From: Lachnospira sp.
Lineage (GTDB): Bacteria; Bacillota; Clostridia; Lachnospirales; Lachnospiraceae
NCBI GenBank assembly: GCA_051879535.1
Contig: JBJEMF010000132.1
Coordinates: 5,078-69,077 of the forward strand
Length of the DNA: 64,000 nucleotides
Reading direction: 5' to 3'
In this document: positions 1-9,406 of the stretch, in pieces
How the letters are laid out: each line of letters opens with the position of its first letter
Position numbering within the stretch: the stretch's first letter is position 1
Made by a program: the position numbers and the translations under genes
The notes under the pieces: model-generated
The model's input: the letters and a program-made list of their open reading frames with translations, nothing else
What the model was told of the DNA's origin: nothing
The model's database searches: none

Positions 1-621
1 ATCGAAGCTTATGTTTCAACAGCAAACTGTGATTATACAGATCCCCTTGCACTTCACGCAGTTAAGATGATTGATGAGCATCTTGTTAAGTCATACAATG
101 GTGATATGGACTCAAGAGATGCAATGCATAATGCCCAGTGCCTTGCCGGAATGGCATTCTCAAATGCTTTGCTTGGTATTGTACATTCAATGGCACATAA
201 GACCGGAGCTGCATTTGAAGGCGGACATATTATACATGGAGCAGCTAATGCTATGTATCTTCCTAAGGTTATTAAGTTTAATGCTAAGGATGAAACAGCT
301 GCAAAGCGTTATGCAGATATTGCTGATTTTATTAAGCTTGGTGGCAATACAGTGGAAGAGAAGATTGATAATCTCGTTGCAATGTTAAGGAAGATGAATG
401 ATGACCTTAATATTCCACACTGCATTAAGAATTATGGAGAAGGCGGACTTCCGGCAGAGACAGGTATTGTTCCTGAGGATGAATTCTTAAAGAAACTTCC
501 GGATATTGCAGCTAACGCTCTTCTTGATGCATGTACAGGTTCAAATCCTCGTCAGCCAAGTCAGGAAGAAATGGAAAAGCTTCTTAAATGTTGCTACTAT
601 GATACAGAGGTGGATTTCTAA
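1..621 (+). CDS. Iron-containing alcohol dehydrogenase (NADPH-dependent butanol dehydrogenase-like), 5' truncated by window edge
   Basis: Frame 1 is open from base 1 (IEAYVST...) into the listed ORF. Contains the Fe-ADH motifs AGMAFSNALLGIVHSMAH and HGAANA. Confidence 0.9.
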   Translation: MEAYVSTANCDYTDPLALHAVKMIDEHLVKSYNGDMDSRDAMHNAQCLAGMAFSNALLGIVHSMAHKTGAAFEGGHIIHGAANAMYLPKVIKFNAKDETAAKRYADIADFIKLGGNTVEEKIDNLVAMLRKMNDDLNIPHCIKNYGEGGLPAETGIVPEDEFLKKLPDIAANALLDACTGSNPRQPSQEEMEKLLKCCYYDTEVDF

Positions 622-681
622 AATTTCGCTAATGTATTGATGCAGGTTTTATAGAGTAAATAAAATAAAAGTAAAATTAAA

Positions 682-740
682 GGGTTGTCTCACTGAGATA
701 TATGCGATGAATTCTTAGCATATACTCAATGGGGCAACCC
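682..740. terminator. Bidirectional stem-loop terminator between convergent adh and prs
   Basis: Imperfect inverted repeat gggttgtctcactgagatatatgc / gcatatactcaatggggcaaccc with AT-rich flanks. Confidence 0.7.
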
Positions 741-794
741 AATTTAATTTATATATAATTTGATTTATGCGTAATCAGTTTAGAAATTAGATTA

Positions 795-1982
795 TTAATT
801 CTTTCCGTAGTGTGATTCGTTATATTCTTTAACTCTCTTCTGGATTCTGTCCACAGGATTAAGTAAATCGCTGATAGAGGAATCATGATTTAATGTATCA
901 ATGAGGAGAGCCATGTATTTGCTCATATCAACATTGATATACCAAGGCTTTGAAAGTAATTCCTCAGGCTGATAGATAAGGTTGGTTGTAAGAATCTTAT
1001 CAATTATTCCTTTCTCATAAGCCTCATCGAATTTCTTAAATCCATTGGTGAATAAGCCAAATGTAGTAGCACAGAATACTCTGCTTGCTCCACGCTTCTT
1101 TAACTCAGAGGCAACATCTATCATACTTTCTCCGGAAGAAATCATATCATCAATGATAATAACATCTTTACCTTCAACATTAGAACCAAGGAATTCATGA
1201 GCAACGATAGGGTTGCGTCCGTTTACGATTTTTGTGTAATCTCTTCTCTTGTAGAACATACCCATATCAAGACCAAGAACGTTGGCAAAATATACAGCAC
1301 GTCCCATACCACCTTCATCAGGGCTTATAACCATCATGTGCTGACTGTCAATATGAAGGTCATCTACTCCAAGTAATAAATACTTAATAAACTGATATGT
1401 GCATGAAACAGATTCAAATCCCTTAAGAGGAATTGCATTGTGAACTCTAGGATCGTGGGCATCAAAAGTGATTATGTTCTCGACACCCATATCTGTTAAT
1501 TCCTGAAGCATTAAAGCACAGTCAAGAGATTCTCTGCCGGTCCTCTTATGCTGTCTGCTCTCATAAAGAAATGGCATTATTACATTAATTCTTCTTGCCT
1601 TTCCGCCGGCTGCAGCAATAACTCTTTTTAAATCTGCATAGTGGTCATCAGGTGACATACGATTTTTGAATCCGCATAAAGAATATTCAATGCTGTAGTT
1701 GCATACATCAACCATTATATATAAATCGCAACCACGTACAGAATCAGCTAAAACGCCCTTACCTTCACCGGAACCAAATCTTGGAGTCTTAGCATCGAGA
1801 ATGTAAGAGTCTCTTTTGTATCCGGCAAAAGCCAGATTAGAATGATTTTCATTATCTCTTTGTTCTCTCCATTTTACAAGGTATTGATCTACCTTTTCTC
1901 CCATTTTAGAACAGCTCTTTAAAGGGATAATACCCAGTGTTCCGTATGGAATTGTTGCAGTATGACGTTCGTCTCGTGGCAT
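795..1982 (-). CDS. prs: Ribose-phosphate pyrophosphokinase
   Basis: Motifs MPFLYESRQHK, FDAHD, SPDEGG and the PRPP-binding loop VIIIDDMISSGES. Confidence 0.93.
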   Translation of the reverse strand: MPRDERHTATIPYGTLGIIPLKSCSKMGEKVDQYLVKWREQRDNENHSNLAFAGYKRDSYILDAKTPRFGSGEGKGVLADSVRGCDLYIMVDVCNYSIEYSLCGFKNRMSPDDHYADLKRVIAAAGGKARRINVIMPFLYESRQHKRTGRESLDCALMLQELTDMGVENIITFDAHDPRVHNAIPLKGFESVSCTYQFIKYLLLGVDDLHIDSQHMMVISPDEGGMGRAVYFANVLGLDMGMFYKRRDYTKIVNGRNPIVAHEFLGSNVEGKDVIIIDDMISSGESMIDVASELKKRGASRVFCATTFGLFTNGFKKFDEAYEKGIIDKILTTNLIYQPEELLSKPWYINVDMSKYMALLIDTLNHDSSISDLLNPVDRIQKRVKEYNESHYGKN

Positions 1983-2090
1983 TTTTTAAATCCTCCATAA
2001 GTAATTTAATTTATATCAATAAGAATAGTATTCCTATTAATTGCAAAAAACACAATATAAAATATAATCATAAACTTGTTATAAGTCAAA

Positions 2091-3080
2091 TTATCTTTTC
2101 ATTTTTTTCAGCAGACGTATATCATCCCCGAATAATTTCAGAATTTCATAAGCACTTATTATTCGTGAAAAGATTCTTTCAGAATAGGCATCCTCAATCT
2201 GTGAAATAGAGTAATTCGTTGAGATAATTACACTTTTTCTTCGAAGTATTCTCTCATTTATCAAATAGAATAATCTTGAATTGGTATATGTATTACCATT
2301 CTCTGTTCCCAAATCATCTATAATAAGTAAATCACAATCCAGAAGATAGCTTAAATCATAGGAATCATCACCCCTGTTAAAATCTGAACTTGTGAAACAG
2401 TTGAACAGTTCTATGGCAGTGAGGTAAATAACGCTGTGGGATGTATCCAACAATTCTTTAGCAATACAGTTGGCTAAAAAGGTTTTTCCTACGCCTGTGT
2501 TGCCGTAAAGTAAAAGATTGGAAAAATCCTTATCAAAATTCTTTACAAATGACTGACATACTTCCAGGACTTTGTGCATATTATTGTAAGGTGTGAGTCC
2601 TGTGGCGGAATCCATATCGGTATTGTTATACCAGTCAAAGGAGAAGGTAGAGAAGTTCTCATCAGCCGTAATGTTCTTAAGATTAGAGTCTCTGTAGACC
2701 AGGTCTATTGCTTTCTTCCGGAAGCAGGAACATTTTGCACCATGACTGTCGTATCCTGTATCTTTGCAGATTGGACAAGTATATATATTATCAAGGTAAT
2801 CTGAAGGCTTTCCGAGAGATTCAAGAAGAGCTTTCTTTTTTTCTGTAAGAGACTTAATAGTGGTATCAAATTCATCTAAATTCGTGGAAGATGAATCCAT
2901 ATTAATTCTGCTTACAGCCTCTTTCATAGATGCAGATATAATAGCATCTTCTATTTCCTTGATTTCGGGGCATAGAGAAACAGTTTCCTCATAGCGTCTG
3001 GCTTGAATATGGCTGTTTCTTGCCCGAATATCATCATATATTCTCATAACGGCATCGTGTTGTGTATTAGTGAGAGCCAT
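2091..3080 (-). CDS. DnaC/DnaI-like (IstB-type) AAA+ helicase loader
   Basis: Zn motif CPICKDTG...KCSC, Walker A GNTGVGKT, Walker B LLIIDDLG, STN and RIFSRI. Adjacent to a DnaD-domain gene. Confidence 0.88.
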   Translation of the reverse strand: MALTNTQHDAVMRIYDDIRARNSHIQARRYEETVSLCPEIKEIEDAIISASMKEAVSRINMDSSSTNLDEFDTTIKSLTEKKKALLESLGKPSDYLDNIYTCPICKDTGYDSHGAKCSCFRKKAIDLVYRDSNLKNITADENFSTFSFDWYNNTDMDSATGLTPYNNMHKVLEVCQSFVKNFDKDFSNLLLYGNTGVGKTFLANCIAKELLDTSHSVIYLTAIELFNCFTSSDFNRGDDSYDLSYLLDCDLLIIDDLGTENGNTYTNSRLFYLINERILRRKSVIISTNYSISQIEDAYSERIFSRIISAYEILKLFGDDIRLLKKMKR

Positions 3081-3114
3081 GGCTAAATCCTTTCTGTGTT
3101 AAACGCAATACATA

Positions 3115-4242
3115 TCAGCTATTGTTGCTCAACAGTGAGTCGTACCAACTGTCAGGCTTTTTGTCACGTTGATTAAAGTTGTTAAAGCGGTTAGAGCTTT
3201 GTTTCATAGCCTGCGATTCAGGCTTTTTGGTATTTGCATAGTCAGCATCGGCTTTCTTGATATCTTGGATTGTGTGGACATCCTGTTTCTTCCAGTTAGA
3301 AAGAATAGAATCTGTGTACTCAAAGCTTGGCTGGTGTATTGCTTTCATTGTCCTGTTGCATGCTTCAATAATCATGTCCTGGCTGAAACAGTAGATATCA
3401 GTCCATTTAGAGATGAACTCTTTTTCCTGGATGCCGGGCTCACGACTGGATAAGCCAAAAGCTTTCATTACCTGATAAACAACGTTGTTATGGGTTGCAA
3501 CTTCATCCCTTGCCTGCGATTCGGTAGTAATACCTTTTCTGGCCCAGTCCAGGGCAACGGCATCAATATAGTTGAAACTCTTCTTGCCACGTCCCACACA
3601 ATATTCAACAAGATAAATAATTAAATCACCGGAGAAGTGAAGAGTGTCATAGTAATACGCAATTGAATTAATTTCCTTATTAGTAAGAGTTCTCCCAAGA
3701 TAAGACTGAATGACATAAGTAAGCATTGAAAATGTTTCATCATCGGACAGTTCATTTAACTTCTCAGGTGTAAATTGAATCTTGGAAGCTTCAATAGGTT
3801 CAATAACACTTACAGGATGGTCAGGCTCATTATCATGTGAAACAGAGCTGTTAATAACCACCGGTGTAATATGAGATTCTGTGGATTGTGATACATCAAA
3901 GGAATCCGATGAATCAACAGAAGAATTACATCTGTTGATGTGATCTATATCTTTGAACTTAATATTACTCAGTTCATTATCAGGACCATTGAATTCAAGA
4001 ATAAGAACACCCATTTTGTCCCAGTATTTAAGAGCTCGTACAATATCGGCTTCAGTCTGGTTAAATGTATCTGCTAATAAGGAAATACTGACATTGCGCT
4101 GCTTATCAGAAAGCAGGCGCAGAAGATAGAGATAAACCTTCACAAATTCACCATTAGCTGAAGGAACATACTGATCTATAAATAAATTGGATACACCTGT
4201 GTACCCATAATTGGATTCTGTAGATAAAATTAAGTCTTTCAT
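3115..4242 (-). CDS. DnaD/DnaB-domain primosomal protein (two DnaB_2 domains)
   Basis: N-terminal VSNLFIDQY...VKVYLYLL winged helix, plus two YIxxV/ILxxW modules (NYIDAVALDW, EYTDSILSNW). Confidence 0.88.
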   Translation of the reverse strand: MKDLILSTESNYGYTGVSNLFIDQYVPSANGEFVKVYLYLLRLLSDKQRNVSISLLADTFNQTEADIVRALKYWDKMGVLILEFNGPDNELSNIKFKDIDHINRCNSSVDSSDSFDVSQSTESHITPVVINSSVSHDNEPDHPVSVIEPIEASKIQFTPEKLNELSDDETFSMLTYVIQSYLGRTLTNKEINSIAYYYDTLHFSGDLIIYLVEYCVGRGKKSFNYIDAVALDWARKGITTESQARDEVATHNNVVYQVMKAFGLSSREPGIQEKEFISKWTDIYCFSQDMIIEACNRTMKAIHQPSFEYTDSILSNWKKQDVHTIQDIKKADADYANTKKPESQAMKQSSNRFNNFNQRDKKPDSWYDSLLSNNS

Positions 4243-4323
4243 AAAATCTGAGTTACTTTAAGCATTATTATACTCAAGGAAACTCATCCCCCCTTACTCT
4301 AGTGTGTCTCGATTGCAAAGTGA

Positions 4324-4332
4324 ATTATAGCA
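4324..4332 (-). promoter_or_regulatory. Extended -10 sigma-A promoter for the dnaD-dnaC-prs unit
   Basis: Minus strand reads TGcTATAAT about 80 bp upstream of the dnaD start. The -35 is weak. Confidence 0.55.
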
Positions 4333-4378
4333 TAGTTAAAAATAATTGAAAAGTTGGATAAACACTGGCTTTGAGGGC

Positions 4379-4527
4379 TGTGGATAATGTGGATAATGTG
4401 GATAAAATTTTTGGGAGATGCTGTCAGGTGTTGAAAATAAAGGGTTGTGGGGAAAATGGTTTTGCACAAAAAAATCCACATTCAGGGATGTTAATAATCT
4501 CCCTGTAAATGTGGATAATGTGGATAA
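4379..4527. promoter_or_regulatory. DnaA-box cluster (5 perfect TTATCCACA boxes)
   Basis: TGTGGATAA at 4379, 4388, 4397 (three abutting) and 4510, 4519 (two abutting). Several 2-mismatch boxes lie between and around them. Confidence 0.85.
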
Positions 4528-4558
4528 CTTTGTTGAAAAATTAAAATAAAATTCAAAG

Positions 4559-5941
4559 CTAGTGTTTAAGCAGAGATTCGCCAATTTTATAAACATCCCC
4601 GGCCCCCATAGTTATCAACAAATCTCCGTTGATACAATTTTTTAATAAAAATTTTTCTATGTCTTCAAATGATTCGTAATAGTAACATTCCTTGCCTAAA
4701 GCTTTAATTTCTTCCTGAAGTGTAGCTGAACTTATACCTAAATCATCAGTCTCTCTGGCAGGATATATTTTGGCAAGTACAATTTTGTCTGAAAGACTTA
4801 AAGCCTGAGCAAATTCCTTGAGAAGAGACTTGGTTCTTGAGTAGGTGTGGGGTTGGAATACTGTCCATATATTGTTATGAGGATAGTGGGCGGCAGACTT
4901 TAATGTGGCGGTTATCTCGTCAGGATGATGAGCGTAATCGTCAATAACAGTAATGCCGTTAAATTCCCCTTTCTTCTCAAAACGTCTGTTGGTTCCGGTA
5001 AATGAAGCCAGACCCGCTTTTATTGCATCTAAATCAACAGACAGTTTTCTTGCTGCTGCTATAGCAGAAAGAGAGTTATATACATTGTGTAATCCGGGAA
5101 CGCTGAGTTTAATGTCTGTTAAAGCTTTGTTGTTGTACATAAGAGTATAGGAACAGCATCCATATTCATCATACGCTATGTCGGAGGCTGAGTAGTTGCT
5201 CTTTTCAGGATCGGAACCGAAGGTGATAACTTCACATTTGGTATCTTTATAGAAATAACTGTAATCATCAATGTCAGAGTTAATAATGAGGGTTCCGTTT
5301 TCCGGAAGCTTTTCTGTAAAGAGTTTAAAAGAATGACGTATGTCGTCTATATCTTTAAAGAAATCCAGATGGTCAGCCTTAACATTCAGAATGATGTTTA
5401 TTGTAGGATTGAAGGACAAAAAGCTGTTGGTGTATTCACAGGCTTCAGTTACGAATATGTCTGATTTACCAACACGTATATTGCCGCCGATGCTGTTAAG
5501 TATTCCTCCTACTGAAATTGTAGGATCAGCATTTGCAGCGAGAAGAATTTCTGTAACCATAGAGGTTGTTGTTGTCTTTCCATGAGTACCTGCAATGTTA
5601 AGGGCAATTTTGTAGTTGGACATAATCTGGCCGAGGAGTTCGGCTCTGGTTATGGTTGGTATGTTTGCGGATATAGCAGCCTGCAATTCCGGATTATCGG
5701 GATGTATTGCCGCTGTGTAAACAACCAGGTCAATATCATTGGTAATATTAGAAGCAGACTGAGGATACGAAATGCGGCATCCAGCCTTGCTGAATTCATT
5801 AGTTAAATCAGAAGATGTTGAATCTGAACCTGAAACTGTGAAGCCTCTGTCAAGAAGTATTCTGGCGAGACCACTCATACTGATACCGCCAATACCGATG
5901 AAGTGTATATGAATCGGACAGTTGAAATCAATTGTGTACAT
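4559..5941 (-). CDS. murC: UDP-N-acetylmuramate--L-alanine ligase
   Basis: HFIGIGGISMSGLA, AGTHGKTTT, DDYAHHP, FQPHTYSRT, MGAGD. Confidence 0.96.
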   Translation of the reverse strand: MYTIDFNCPIHIHFIGIGGISMSGLARILLDRGFTVSGSDSTSSDLTNEFSKAGCRISYPQSASNITNDIDLVVYTAAIHPDNPELQAAISANIPTITRAELLGQIMSNYKIALNIAGTHGKTTTTSMVTEILLAANADPTISVGGILNSIGGNIRVGKSDIFVTEACEYTNSFLSFNPTINIILNVKADHLDFFKDIDDIRHSFKLFTEKLPENGTLIINSDIDDYSYFYKDTKCEVITFGSDPEKSNYSASDIAYDEYGCCSYTLMYNNKALTDIKLSVPGLHNVYNSLSAIAAARKLSVDLDAIKAGLASFTGTNRRFEKKGEFNGITVIDDYAHHPDEITATLKSAAHYPHNNIWTVFQPHTYSRTKSLLKEFAQALSLSDKIVLAKIYPARETDDLGISSATLQEEIKALGKECYYYESFEDIEKFLLKNCINGDLLITMGAGDVYKIGESLLKH

Positions 5942-6089
5942 GATTAGTTTCCTTTCTATTTATATGCATTACTAAAATGTAATTCAAATACATTGTATGA
6001 CTTATTATTAAAATTTTCAAACTTTAAATGGGTATGTGAAAAATTATTTTATAAATTGTGAGAATATTTATAAAAAAACCTAAAAATGT

Positions 6090-6119
6090 TTGTACTTAAT
6101 ATTGAATATATGCTATAAT
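6090..6119 (+). promoter_or_regulatory. Sigma-A promoter of glgCD
   Basis: TTGTAC-N18-TATAAT with extended TGn. Confidence 0.55.
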
Positions 6120-6165
6120 TTATTCAACTTAATCAGTAAAAAATATAACATCAGAGGTGAATAGC

Positions 6166-7437
6166 ATGATTAAAAAAGAAATGATCGCGATGCTGTTAGC
6201 CGGAGGACAGGGTAGCAGGTTAGGTGTGCTTACCTCTAAGGTTGCCAAACCGGCGGTGGCGTTTGGTGGAAAGTATAGAATAATTGACTTTCCACTGAGT
6301 AACTGTATTAATTCGGGTATTGATACAGTAGGTGTTCTGACACAGTATCAGCCATTGCGTCTTAACACCCATATCGGAATCGGAATCCCGTGGGATCTCG
6401 ACCGTAATGTAGGAGGTGTGACGGTTCTTCCGCCATACGAAAAGAGCACAAGTAGTGAATGGTACACAGGTACGGCCAATGCCATTTATCAGAATCTGGA
6501 GTATATGGAACAGTATAATCCTGAGTATGTTCTTATTCTTTCGGGTGATCACATCTATAAGATGGATTACAAAATTATGTTAGATTATCATAAGGCTAAT
6601 AATGCTGATATTACAATTGCTGCGATGCCTGTTCCTATAGAGGAAGCAAGCAGATTCGGTATTGTGGTAACAGATGATGATAACAGAATAACGGAGTTTG
6701 AAGAGAAACCGGCTAACCCTAAGAGCAATCTTGCGTCAATGGGTATTTATATCTTTAGCTGGAAAGTACTTAAGGATGCACTTATTAAGCTTAAAGACCA
6801 GAATGAGTGTGACTTTGGAAAGCACGTGATTCCATACTGCTTTAATAACAACAAGAGAATATTTGCCTATGAGTATAACGGCTACTGGAAGGATGTAGGT
6901 ACTCTTAGTTCATATTGGGAAGCCAACATGGAACTGATAGACATTATTCCTGTATTTAATTTGTATGAGGAGTTCTGGAAAATTTATACCAGAACAGACA
7001 CCATACCACCTCAGTACATAGCAGAGAATGCATATATTGAGAAGAGTATTGTGGGCGACGGTACAGAAGTATACGGTAAGATATTTAATTCTGTAATAGG
7101 CTCGGGAGTAACAATTGAGGAAGGTGCTGTTGTACGTGATTCAATTATTATGAACAATACAGTGATTGGTAAGAATACTGTAGTTAATAAATCTATAATC
7201 GCTGAAGAAGTGGTTATCGGCGATAATGTTGAGCTGGGTGTTGGACAGGAAGCAGAGAACGTAAAACTTCCTAAGATATACAACTCAGGTCTTGTAACTA
7301 TTGGAGAGTGTTCTGTAATTCCTAGCGGAGTTAAGATCGGAAAGAACACAGCTATTTCTGGTGAAACATCAGTGGAAGATTATCCTGGTGGACAGTTAGC
7401 GAGTGGTGGCATAATAATTAAGGCAGGTGATAATTGA
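6166..7437 (+). CDS. glgC: Glucose-1-phosphate adenylyltransferase, catalytic subunit
   Basis: [34 protein letters not shown] and hexapeptide repeats. ATG at 6166 follows the RBS GAGGTG. Confidence 0.96.
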   Translation: MIKKEMIAMLLAGGQGSRLGVLTSKVAKPAVAFGGKYRIIDFPLSNCINSGIDTVGVLTQYQPLRLNTHIGIGIPWDLDRNVGGVTVLPPYEKSTSSEWYTGTANAIYQNLEYMEQYNPEYVLILSGDHIYKMDYKIMLDYHKANNADITIAAMPVPIEEASRFGIVVTDDDNRITEFEEKPANPKSNLASMGIYIFSWKVLKDALIKLKDQNECDFGKHVIPYCFNNNKRIFAYEYNGYWKDVGTLSSYWEANMELIDIIPVFNLYEEFWKIYTRTDTIPPQYIAENAYIEKSIVGDGTEVYGKIFNSVIGSGVTIEEGAVVRDSIIMNNTVIGKNTVVNKSIIAEEVVIGDNVELGVGQEAENVKLPKIYNSGLVTIGECSVIPSGVKIGKNTAISGETSVEDYPGGQLASGGIIIKAGDN

Positions 7438-8552
7438 TGAAAGCGATAGGTATAGTTTTAGCCGGCGGTAATAATAAAATGATGCGAGAGCTGACTAACA
7501 AACGTGCGATTTCTGCAATGCCGATTGCCGGCAGTTATCGTGCTATTGATTTTGCGTTGAGCAATATGTCTAATTCGCATATTCAGAAAGTGGCTGTTAT
7601 TACACAGTATAATGCCAGATCCCTCAATGAGCATCTCAGTTCATCAAAGTGGTGGGATTTTGGTAGAAAACAGGGTGGATTGTATGTTTTCACACCAACT
7701 ATAACAGCGGAGAGCAGTAACTGGTACAGAGGAACAGCAGATTCTCTCTATCAGAATATACATTTTCTTAAGTCCAGCCATGAACCGTATGTAGTTATTG
7801 CATCGGGAGATTGCGTATATAAGCTGGATTACAACAAGGTTCTTCAATATCATATTGAGAAGAAGGCTGATGTTACTCTTGTTGTTAAGAAGCTTAATAA
7901 TAAGGAAGATGTTAAGAGATATGGTGTGGTTGCAATGACAGAGGAAGGCCGTATCACAGATATTGATGAGAAGCCTCTTGAAACAAATCTTTCAACGGTG
8001 TCAACAGGTATATATGTAGTCAGAAGAAGACTTCTTATTGAGTTGCTTGAGAAAGCAGCAGAAGAAGACAGATATGATTTTGTAAGAGATATACTTGTAA
8101 GATATAAGAACATCAAAAAGATTTACGGATACACACTGGATACATATTGGAACAACATTAATACTGTTGATTCTTATTATAATACAAACATGGATTTCCT
8201 TAAGAAGGATGTAAGAGATTACTTCTTTAAACAATATCCTGATATATACTCTAAGGTAGAGGATCTTCCGCCTGCTAAGTACAATTATGGGGCGAATGTA
8301 AGAAACAGCCTGGTGTCAAGCGGATGTATAGTTAACGGTACTGTAGATAATTCAGTGCTGTTCAAGAAGATATATATAGGAAACAACGCTGTTGTTAAGA
8401 ACTCTATCATAATGAGTAATGCGTATATTGGAGACAATGCATATATTGAAAACTGCATTGTAGAAAGCAATAGTACAATCAAGGCAAATTCCAGATATGT
8501 GGGAGAGTCAGGAGTTAAGATAGTAGTGGAAGATAATCCGGTATACTATTAA
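7437..8552 (+). CDS. glgD: Glucose-1-phosphate adenylyltransferase, GlgD subunit
   Basis: GlgC paralog with a degenerate nucleotide-binding loop (LAGGNNKMM). Start overlaps the glgC stop. Confidence 0.93.
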   Translation: MKAIGIVLAGGNNKMMRELTNKRAISAMPIAGSYRAIDFALSNMSNSHIQKVAVITQYNARSLNEHLSSSKWWDFGRKQGGLYVFTPTITAESSNWYRGTADSLYQNIHFLKSSHEPYVVIASGDCVYKLDYNKVLQYHIEKKADVTLVVKKLNNKEDVKRYGVVAMTEEGRITDIDEKPLETNLSTVSTGIYVVRRRLLIELLEKAAEEDRYDFVRDILVRYKNIKKIYGYTLDTYWNNINTVDSYYNTNMDFLKKDVRDYFFKQYPDIYSKVEDLPPAKYNYGANVRNSLVSSGCIVNGTVDNSVLFKKIYIGNNAVVKNSIIMSNAYIGDNAYIENCIVESNSTIKANSRYVGESGVKIVVEDNPVYY

Positions 8553-8610
8553 AAGTACAGGGGAATTTATAAAAAGAAAAGGTCATGGAATAGTGACAGA
8601 AGGGGTAAAT

Positions 8611-8877
8611 ATGAATATTACAGACGTTAGGGTAAGAAAAATCACAAAAGAAGGTAAGATGAAGGCAGTAGTATCAGTGACAATTGATAATGAATTTGTT
8701 GTTCATGATATTAAAGTCATTGAAGGCGAGAAGGGCTTGTTTATAGCTATGCCAAGCAGAAAATCAGCGGATGGAGAATATAGAGATATTGCACATCCTA
8801 TCAACACTGATACAAGGGACAGTCTTCAGAAATTAATTCTTGAAGCTTACGAAAATGCTGAGGATGTTGAGGAGTAA
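8611..8877 (+). CDS. spoVG: Septation/sporulation regulator SpoVG
   Basis: [10 protein letters not shown]...[21 protein letters not shown]...DIAHPIN. ATG at 8611 follows AAGGGG. Confidence 0.96.
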   Translation: MNITDVRVRKITKEGKMKAVVSVTIDNEFVVHDIKVIEGEKGLFIAMPSRKSADGEYRDIAHPINTDTRDSLQKLILEAYENAEDVEE

Positions 8878-8937
8878 AATTCCTCACAAGGCATTTTACA
8901 ATCATTTAGGTTGTGGGTAGTATTAAATAATAATTAT

Positions 8938-8989
8938 AGAGTTGTCTCACTAAGGTAATATAAATGCTTAGTGAGGCAGCTCTTTTTTT
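8938..8989 (+). terminator. Rho-independent terminator after spoVG
   Basis: Stem agagttgtctcactaag / cttagtgaggcagctct followed by a T7 run. Confidence 0.85.
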
Positions 8990-9178
8990 AGTGAGTCCGG
9001 TGGCGCATATTTCCAACAGGGGTGTATATTAAATAAAACCTCTGAGGGTGGGGGATAATACAAACTTTTGTATCGCAAGTACATCGGGTATGGTACTTAT
9101 GATATATATTTTGCTTTGCGAGTGTGTTTTTAGGCGTGATAAAACCTCTTGAATAATCCTGGATTTAGTACCGAATCA

Positions 9179-9398
9179 ATAGTTCTACAGAACTATAAAT
9201 GTGCAATTTGTCAAAATATACAAGAAAAATGGCTGGAATTTAGTTAAATTTCAACAATGCATTGTGTTGACGAAAAAATCTGAGGTTGTATATAATGACA
9301 AAAGTTATTGGGATATGTAACAGAATTGTAATAAATCGCAATAAAATTCTGGGACAAACAATGACTGTGGGAGTTTATTGATTATTAAATTGGGAGGA
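9179..9398 (+). promoter_or_regulatory. Pectin-gene promoter/leader, copy 1
   Basis: ATAGT-N8-ACTAT palindrome (9179-9196), TTGACG-N18-TATAAT (9267-9296), leader hairpin (9321-9351) and a 30-nt RBS block (9369-9398). All are repeated at 14083-14306. Confidence 0.85.
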
Positions 9399-9406
9399 AA
9401 AGCCTT

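Noticed and set aside
4379-4527. Calling the DnaA-box cluster the chromosomal oriC
   Set aside because: No dnaA/dnaN/rpmH nearby, no clear DnaA-trio/DUE seen, and skew cannot be judged from this window.
4299-4596. Short minus-strand ORFs (60 and 86 aa) with IHIIHIIH / YPHYPHYP repeats
   Set aside because: They are translations of the tandem DnaA boxes, with no RBS or family signal.
6056-6073. Rex-like operator TTGTGAG-N4-TTTATAA upstream of glgC
   Set aside because: Three mismatches in a very AT-rich spacer; could arise by chance.
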